Below, one piece after another: positions 58,308 through 64,000 of a DNA stretch of 64,000 nt. The notes under the pieces were generated by a model. That model was given only the letters and a program-made list of their open reading frames with translations, was not told the origin of the DNA and did not search any database. The stretch is taken from NCBI GenBank assembly GCA_009929525.1, contig SAAH01000003.1, forward strand, positions 13,650 to 77,649, in the 5' to 3' direction. The position numbers were made by a program, and so were the translations under genes. How positions within the stretch are numbered: position 1 is the stretch's first letter; each line of letters starts with the position of its first letter. The DNA comes from Clostridia bacterium. Lineage in GTDB: Bacteria; Bacillota; Clostridia; Lachnospirales; Lachnospiraceae.

Positions 58308-58370
58308 ATTTGTCATGTGATTTTTCTCTAAAACGGGGGTGCAGCGGAAACATGTGACATTTGTCATGTG
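58308..58370. promoter_or_regulatory. perfect 12-bp direct repeat ATTTGTCATGTG (x2), candidate response-regulator binding sites
   Basis: Copies at 58308-58319 and 58359-58370 (51-bp spacing) in the divergent kinase/ABC intergenic region. Related CATGTGACA (58351-58359) and palindromic GTCATGAC (58374-58381) lie nearby. TATAAT at 58414-58419. Confidence 0.4.
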
Positions 58371-58466
58371 CGGGTCATGACAGTATGCACTTATTATCTT
58401 TGCAGCAAACCGATATAATGTAACTATGATAAAGAGTTTCTTATAATAGATATGGAGGAATGAAGG

Positions 58467-59396
58467 ATGATAAAAATAGAAAATCTTGTGAAACGATATG
58501 GAGAATTGGTAGCACTGGATCACCTTAATCTGGAGATTCATGAAGGAGAGGTGTTTGGCCTTCTTGGACCAAACGGTTCAGGAAAAACAACGGCAATTAA
58601 CTGTGTTCTTGCTCTGCTGAAATATGATAAGGGAACCATCCAGGTATTTGGAAAAGAGATGACGCCGGACAGTTACGAAGCAAAGCAGCAGATTGGTATC
58701 GTACCTCAGAATGTGGCAGTATTTAATGAGATGAATGTTCAGGAAAATATCGATTATTTTTGTGGACTATATGTAAAAGACAATGCAAGAAGAAAGAAAA
58801 TGGTCCAGGAAGCCATTTCTTTTGTGGGACTGGAGGAGTACAAAAAGATGCGTCCCAAACAGTTATCAGGCGGCCTGTTGAGAAGACTGAATATCGCCTG
58901 CGGGATTGCCCACCAGCCGAGACTGATCTTCATGGATGAACCAACCGTTGCAGTTGACACGCAAAGCAGAAATAAGATTCTTGAGGGGATCCAAAAACTC
59001 AATGAAAATGGCTCAACGATCATTTATACTTCCCACTACATGGAGGAGGTAGAACAGATCTGCACCCGGATCGCGATCATTGACCATGGGCGATGTGTAG
59101 CGATAGGGACAAAAGAAGAACTTAAAAAAATGATTAAGACAGGGGAAACCGTTACTGTGGAAAATGTTATCTTAAAGGAAGAGAACATTGCAGATATCAA
59201 GGAATTAGCTCATGTATTTAATCTGAAGTATGAGGATGAAACGATCATAGTACAGTATAGCGGAGGGAAACATAACTTGATCCGGATACTGAATTATTTC
59301 CAGGAAAAAGAGATATCATTTGGCAGGGTATTTTCGGAACTGCCAACCTTGAATGATGTATTTTTGGAAATCACGGGAAAAGAACTCAGGGATTAG
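58467..59396 (+). CDS. ABC transporter ATP-binding protein
   Basis: Walker A GPNGSGKTT, signature LSGGLLRRL and Walker B LIFMDEP. Confidence 0.92.
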   Translation: MIKIENLVKRYGELVALDHLNLEIHEGEVFGLLGPNGSGKTTAINCVLALLKYDKGTIQVFGKEMTPDSYEAKQQIGIVPQNVAVFNEMNVQENIDYFCGLYVKDNARRKKMVQEAISFVGLEEYKKMRPKQLSGGLLRRLNIACGIAHQPRLIFMDEPTVAVDTQSRNKILEGIQKLNENGSTIIYTSHYMEEVEQICTRIAIIDHGRCVAIGTKEELKKMIKTGETVTVENVILKEENIADIKELAHVFNLKYEDETIIVQYSGGKHNLIRILNYFQEKEISFGRVFSELPTLNDVFLEITGKELRD

Positions 59397-59407
59397 GAGG
59401 GGACAAT

Positions 59408-60532
59408 ATGCTGCATTTATTAAAATATCGCTTACTCAGCACCATGAGAGACCGGACTTCGATGTTCTGGGCACTGGCATTTCCCATTATCCTGGGAACC
59501 CTGTTTTTCTTTGCTTTTAAAGGAATAGGGACAGATAGTCTGGAGCCGATTCCGACGGCTGTGGTAACTGAAGGAGAAACTGATACAAATTTTATGACAT
59601 TCCTTGATCAGATGCAGGAGGGTGAGGAGTCATTTATCACATATGAAGAAATGTCCAGTGAAGAGGCCTTAGAAAAATTAAAAGCCAGAGAGGTATCGGG
59701 AATCTACTATGTAAAAGAGATACCGACACTTACGGTTGGAGGCACTGGGTTGGAAGAGAGTATCCTGCAGTCACTTCTGGAAAGTTATAATCGAAATGCC
59801 TCAATTATAAAAAATGTACTTCAACATAATCCGGAAGCACTTTCTAAAACCATGGAAAGTATGGCAGATTACCAGAATCTCGTAAAAGATGTTTCCATCA
59901 ATGGAAAAGAGATAAATGGAACTTTTCAGTATTTCCTGGCACTGATCGCAATGGCATGTCTTTATGGGGCATTTTTAGGGTTTACGACAGCTTTGGAATT
60001 GAAAGCAAATCTGTCAGCTCTTGCTCTTAGAAGAAGTGTTACACCGACAAGCAGGCTCAAGATCATTTTCATAGATCTGATAGTTACGTTTTTTATCCAT
60101 TTTATCAATATTATGATTTTATTGGGGTATCTGAAGTATATATTAAAAATAGATTTTGGCGATGATCTGGGAAGAACGATCCTGGTGTGTTTTGTTGGCT
60201 GTCTGATCGGTGTTGCACTGGGAATCTTTGTGGGAAGCATTGGCAGGATGAAAGAAGGGGGTAAGATCGGTGTGATCTTGATAGTCACGATGGGGTGTTC
60301 TTTTGGAGCCGGCCTTATGATGGCAGATATCAAAAATTTTATTGAACACAGTTGTCCGATCATCAATCGGATCAATCCGGCGGCCTTGATATCGGATGCA
60401 TTTTATTGCATGAGTATCTATGATAATCCGGAACGGTACATGAGGGATGTGATAACATTGACAGTTATGGCAGCAGTACTGGTCATCGCAGCATTTTTAG
60501 TAGTCAGGAGGGAACGTTATGACAGTGTTTAA
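59408..60532 (+). CDS. ABC-2 type permease
   Basis: An N-terminal TM helix, a large extracytoplasmic loop, then about five C-terminal TM helices. Translationally coupled within the operon. Confidence 0.75.
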   Translation: MLHLLKYRLLSTMRDRTSMFWALAFPIILGTLFFFAFKGIGTDSLEPIPTAVVTEGETDTNFMTFLDQMQEGEESFITYEEMSSEEALEKLKAREVSGIYYVKEIPTLTVGGTGLEESILQSLLESYNRNASIIKNVLQHNPEALSKTMESMADYQNLVKDVSINGKEINGTFQYFLALIAMACLYGAFLGFTTALELKANLSALALRRSVTPTSRLKIIFIDLIVTFFIHFINIMILLGYLKYILKIDFGDDLGRTILVCFVGCLIGVALGIFVGSIGRMKEGGKIGVILIVTMGCSFGAGLMMADIKNFIEHSCPIINRINPAALISDAFYCMSIYDNPERYMRDVITLTVMAAVLVIAAFLVVRRERYDSV

Positions 60533-61670
60533 AGGATATATGAAAATAACAAAAAGAAATATTGGATTTATCCTGATGTATGTGGCGATTTTCCTTGGTG
60601 TTTCAATTGCCATGCAGGCAAGCGCATCCCAAAATGAGGTGGAAAGCTATGCAGCCGAAAAGCTGGATATCGCAGTGGTGGATGAAGATGGAGGAACTCT
60701 GGCAAGCGGATTGCTCACATATCTGGAGCAATATCATGAAGTATCATTGATGGAAAATAATGAAGAGGTCATGCAGGAAGCGATATATTATGAAACGGTA
60801 GATCTTATTGTTCGCATCCCGGAAAATTTTGAGAAAAAATGCCTTGAAAATGGAGAAGAACTGAGAGTGACAAAGGTTCCTGGAACTTACAATTCTGTCT
60901 ATGCCCAACAGCAGATCAATACATTTTTAAATGAAGTAAAAACATATATGGCAGTAGGATACAGCATGGAAGACAGTATGAAGCAGATCAGTGAACAGGA
61001 AGCCAGTGAGGTGACATTGATCGATCTGAATGGAAACAGAGGCCAGATGCCTGGATATGCTTATATGTTTCGGTATGCACCTTATATGTACCTTGCGGCG
61101 TTATGCTATGTGCTGGGGATGATATTGACTTCTTTTCAGGAAAAAGATGTAAAGAGCAGGATGCTGGTATCAGCAACACGCCAATACAGGCAGGTAGGAG
61201 AAGCTATCTTATCATTTCTGGTATTGGGAGCAGTACTGTATGGGATCAATATAGGAATTACATTTGCATTAAATGGAATGGAATTTTTGCAGGCACCTAA
61301 TCTGATCTACTATCTGGCAAATTCATTTGTCATGATGCTGGTTAGCCTTGCACTGGCATTTTTGCTGGGAATGTTTGTTACGAGAGCAACATTGGTCAAT
61401 ACGATCGTTACACCATTGTCTCTTGGCATGTGCTTTCTTTGCGGAGTGTTTGTCCCTCTGTCTTTGTTGGGGAAAAGTGTCAAACATTTTTCACAGTTTC
61501 TTCCGGTTTACTGGTATGAGATAAATAATGATCTGCTCAGTGAATATCAGACGATCGAGGGCAGTGTTAAGAGTGCTATGTTAAAGGGATATGGGATACA
61601 GTTGTTATTTGCCGCAGCATTTATTGGAATAGCACTTGCTGTCAGCAAATATCGTAAGCAGGTAAGTTAG
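60519..61670 (+). CDS. ABC-2 type permease (second subunit)
   Basis: Same architecture as the preceding gene, with a 14-nt overlap. RBS AGGAGGGA. Confidence 0.75.
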   Translation: MTVFKGYMKITKRNIGFILMYVAIFLGVSIAMQASASQNEVESYAAEKLDIAVVDEDGGTLASGLLTYLEQYHEVSLMENNEEVMQEAIYYETVDLIVRIPENFEKKCLENGEELRVTKVPGTYNSVYAQQQINTFLNEVKTYMAVGYSMEDSMKQISEQEASEVTLIDLNGNRGQMPGYAYMFRYAPYMYLAALCYVLGMILTSFQEKDVKSRMLVSATRQYRQVGEAILSFLVLGAVLYGINIGITFALNGMEFLQAPNLIYYLANSFVMMLVSLALAFLLGMFVTRATLVNTIVTPLSLGMCFLCGVFVPLSLLGKSVKHFSQFLPVYWYEINNDLLSEYQTIEGSVKSAMLKGYGIQLLFAAAFIGIALAVSKYRKQVS

Positions 61671-61756
61671 ACAGCTAAGGCGGGCTGTAGCAGGATGGCA
61701 GGATGAAAATCAGCAGCCATGCACAAAAAGCATGGGAATGTATCAACTCTAAGTAT

Positions 61757-61785
61757 TTTACACCATTCTAAAAAGAAACTATAAT
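61757..61785 (+). promoter_or_regulatory. sigma-A-type promoter of the MATE gene
   Basis: TTTACA (61757-61762), 17-nt spacer, TATAAT (61780-61785). Confidence 0.5.
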
Positions 61786-61833
61786 AGTCATATAGTTAGT
61801 AGATCGAATAAAAGATAAAGAGGATGGTGTAAA

Positions 61834-63162
61834 GTGATATTTACGAATAAAGATTTGAGAAAAATGATAGTCCCCCTGTTTTTTGAGCAGCTTCTTTTGA
61901 TGCTTGTGGGAATTGCGGATACATTGATCGTCAGTTATGCGGGAGAAGCAGCTGTCTCAGGAGTATCTCTTGTAAATATGTTCAATACGATTTTCATTTT
62001 TTTGTTTACAGCGCTTGCTTCAGGCGGTGCTGTGATCATCAGCCAGTATATCGGCAATAAAAATAATGAACAGGCGGGGGAGTCATCCAGTCAGCTGCTG
62101 ATGTTTTCCGTAGTGTTTTCCGTGGTGATATCAATAGCAGTCCTATGCCTGAACCGATGGCTTTTACGTCTTTTGTTTGGCAGTGTTGACCCGGAAGTAA
62201 TGGATGCATGTGAGACATATCTTCGGATTTCGGCATATTCTTATCCGATGCTGGCGATTTATAATGCAGGAGCAGCGCTTTACCGTAGTGTGGGAAAGAC
62301 ATCTGTGACTATGTATATCTCCATTGTTTCGAATATCATCAATGTGGTCGGAAATCTCGTTGGAGTATTTGTAATGCATGCCGGCGTTGCAGGTGTAGCC
62401 TACCCATCTTTGATCGCACGTACATTTTCAGCAGCAGCAATTACCATTTTTTGCTTTAGCAAAAAAAATGAGGTTGTTTATCGATGGAAGTGGATCTTGA
62501 GATGGAATGGACAGCTTCTTAAGAAAATCCTTAATATCGCGGTTCCAAATGGTATCGAGAGTGGTATTTTCCAATTGGTAAAAGTAGCACTCAGCAGTAT
62601 TGTAGCTTTGTTTGGAACCTATCAGATAGCGGCAAATGGTGTGGCACAGAGTGTGTGGTCACTGGCTGCACTGTCAGGAACAGCACTGGGCCCGGTATTT
62701 ATTACCGTAATTGGTCAGTGCATGGGCAGCAGGGATGTGGAAGCAGCAGAGTATTATTTTAAGAAGCTGTTAAAGATCACCCTAATCTTTTCAGCAGTGT
62801 GGAATGTGGCTGTGTTTGCCCTTACTCCACTGTTTATGAGAGCGTATGCGTTGTCTGATGAGACAAAAGAGCTGGTAATTTTGCTGGTGTTGATACATAA
62901 TATATTTAACGCAGTTGCATTTCCATTTTCAGGAGCTTTGGGAAATGGGCTCAGAGCGGCAGGAGATGTGAAGTTTACGATGATCATATCGATTTTATCC
63001 ACGGTTGTTGTCAGATTTGTTTTATCCTATCTGTTTGCAGTGGTATTTAATCTGGGTGTGATCGGAATAGCACTTGCCATGGTATGTGACTGGATCGCAA
63101 GAGCAGTCATATTTGTGGTAAGACTTCACGGTGGAAAATGGAAAGAATTTAAAGTTATCTAA
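61834..63162 (+). CDS. MATE-family multidrug/toxin efflux transporter
   Basis: 442 aa with ~12 TM helices. The N-terminus DLRKMIVPLFFEQLLLMLVGIADTLIVS is typical of MATE (NorM/DinF-like) proteins. GTG start. Confidence 0.85.
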   Translation: MIFTNKDLRKMIVPLFFEQLLLMLVGIADTLIVSYAGEAAVSGVSLVNMFNTIFIFLFTALASGGAVIISQYIGNKNNEQAGESSSQLLMFSVVFSVVISIAVLCLNRWLLRLLFGSVDPEVMDACETYLRISAYSYPMLAIYNAGAALYRSVGKTSVTMYISIVSNIINVVGNLVGVFVMHAGVAGVAYPSLIARTFSAAAITIFCFSKKNEVVYRWKWILRWNGQLLKKILNIAVPNGIESGIFQLVKVALSSIVALFGTYQIAANGVAQSVWSLAALSGTALGPVFITVIGQCMGSRDVEAAEYYFKKLLKITLIFSAVWNVAVFALTPLFMRAYALSDETKELVILLVLIHNIFNAVAFPFSGALGNGLRAAGDVKFTMIISILSTVVVRFVLSYLFAVVFNLGVIGIALAMVCDWIARAVIFVVRLHGGKWKEFKVI

Positions 63163-63186
63163 AAAGAAAAAAATGGGGGATGTAAG

Positions 63187-63990
63187 ATGCAGGCAAAAGC
63201 ACCGGAAACAAAACATTTTGGTAAAGAAGCATTTGAAGATCAGGAAGGGACATCGATTCGCTGGCTGGGAAATGCGGGAGCTATGATCAACTGCAGAGGA
63301 ACAGTAATTATGGTAGATCCTGTTTTGAGTGGATTTGATATGCCGCTTTTGATCGATATGCCAATTTTGGAAGAACAGGTTCCAGCACTGGATGGGATAT
63401 TAGTGACTCATTGCGATAATGATCATTATAGCCGTCAGACATGTGAGAGACTTAAAAAGGTTACAAAGGAATTTCATTCGACTCAGTATGTCAGTAAGCT
63501 GATGAAGGAAGAGCAGGGGATAGCGGGGACAGGCCATGATATCGGCGAGAAATTTGCTGTGGGCGATATTACGGTAACGTTAACACCGGTGGATCATGCA
63601 TGGCAGAATGCATTTCCAGAGTCACATACAAGGGAGTTTCAGCCAGAGGATTACTGTGGATTCTGGATGGATACTCCGGATGGTTCTGTCTGGGCAGTTG
63701 GCGACAGCAGGCTTTTGGAGAGCCAGCTTCATATGCCGGCACCGGATGCTATGCTGTTTGATTTTTCCGATAGTGACTGGCATATCGGATTGGATGGGGC
63801 AAAGAAAATGGCTGCTGCCTATCCGGATACCCCGCTGATCTTATGGCATTGGGGAAGTGTGGATGCACCGGAGTGGAAAGAATTCAATGGAGATCCCCAG
63901 GTGCTGCGAAGCATGATCGTCAACCCGGACCGGATCGTAGTATTGGCACCAGGAGAAGAATATAGAGTTTGTAAAAAAGGCAAACGCTAA
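63187..63990 (+). CDS. MBL-fold metallo-hydrolase
   Basis: Beta-lactamase-fold metal motif ILVTHCDNDHY (HxDxDH variant) with later His/Asp ligands (PVDHAW, GDSRL, WHWG). Confidence 0.75.
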   Translation: MQAKAPETKHFGKEAFEDQEGTSIRWLGNAGAMINCRGTVIMVDPVLSGFDMPLLIDMPILEEQVPALDGILVTHCDNDHYSRQTCERLKKVTKEFHSTQYVSKLMKEEQGIAGTGHDIGEKFAVGDITVTLTPVDHAWQNAFPESHTREFQPEDYCGFWMDTPDGSVWAVGDSRLLESQLHMPAPDAMLFDFSDSDWHIGLDGAKKMAAAYPDTPLILWHWGSVDAPEWKEFNGDPQVLRSMIVNPDRIVVLAPGEEYRVCKKGKR

Positions 63991-64000
63991 GTGAACAGAC

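Noticed and set aside
1-64000. CRISPR arrays, rRNA operons, IS elements/transposases, integrases, prophage or known defence systems
   Set aside because: No regularly spaced direct repeats, no rRNA-like sequence and no ORF with transposase, integrase, RT or nuclease-ATPase defence signatures was seen. The lone patatin-like and PHP genes sit in housekeeping contexts without partner defence genes.

Overview
64 kb chromosomal segment from a low-GC, Gram-positive-type anaerobe. Gene content looks like Clostridia/Lachnospiraceae, but that is inference only. I support about 54 protein genes, one tRNA-Arg(CCG), several intrinsic terminators and several sigma-A-type promoters. I found no rRNA, CRISPR array, transposase, integrase, reverse transcriptase or recognisable phage-defence gene.

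Most of the window is housekeeping or central metabolism: rhaA 3' end, citrate synthase, efp, ligA, cls, metA, an RnfC2-MetV-MetF methylene-THF reductase cluster, an ABC-F factor, nagB, PFOR, era-recO-glyQS, a GH35 beta-galactosidase, a predicted PPi-type PFK next to ppdK, a two-component system with an ABC-2 exporter, and a MATE pump.

The sequence the gene models explain least is a 281-bp nested near-perfect palindrome at 30938-31218. It has 51-bp arms matching at 50/51 positions, and three of its four stem mismatches read as G-U on the + strand. It sits in the largest non-coding gap of the window (30402-31358), is flanked by an imperfect direct repeat, and lies just upstream of an operon encoding a degenerate phosphoribosyltransferase-like protein and a protein of unknown function.

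Other loci worth a second look:
- a sigma-70/ECF-like factor fused to a transmembrane segment and a ~420-aa extracytoplasmic domain (49148-51334), with neighbouring small membrane proteins, a REC-GGDEF-pseudoREC protein and an orphan HTH protein
- a CcdA/DsbD-fold membrane protein with a His/Cys-rich loop
- a nagB-cat operon
- an AraC-controlled NahK-like kinase plus nucleotidyltransferase module with 11-bp direct repeats
- a 12-mer direct repeat in the divergent sensor-kinase/ABC promoter region

All functional calls come from motif recognition by eye. No database search was run.
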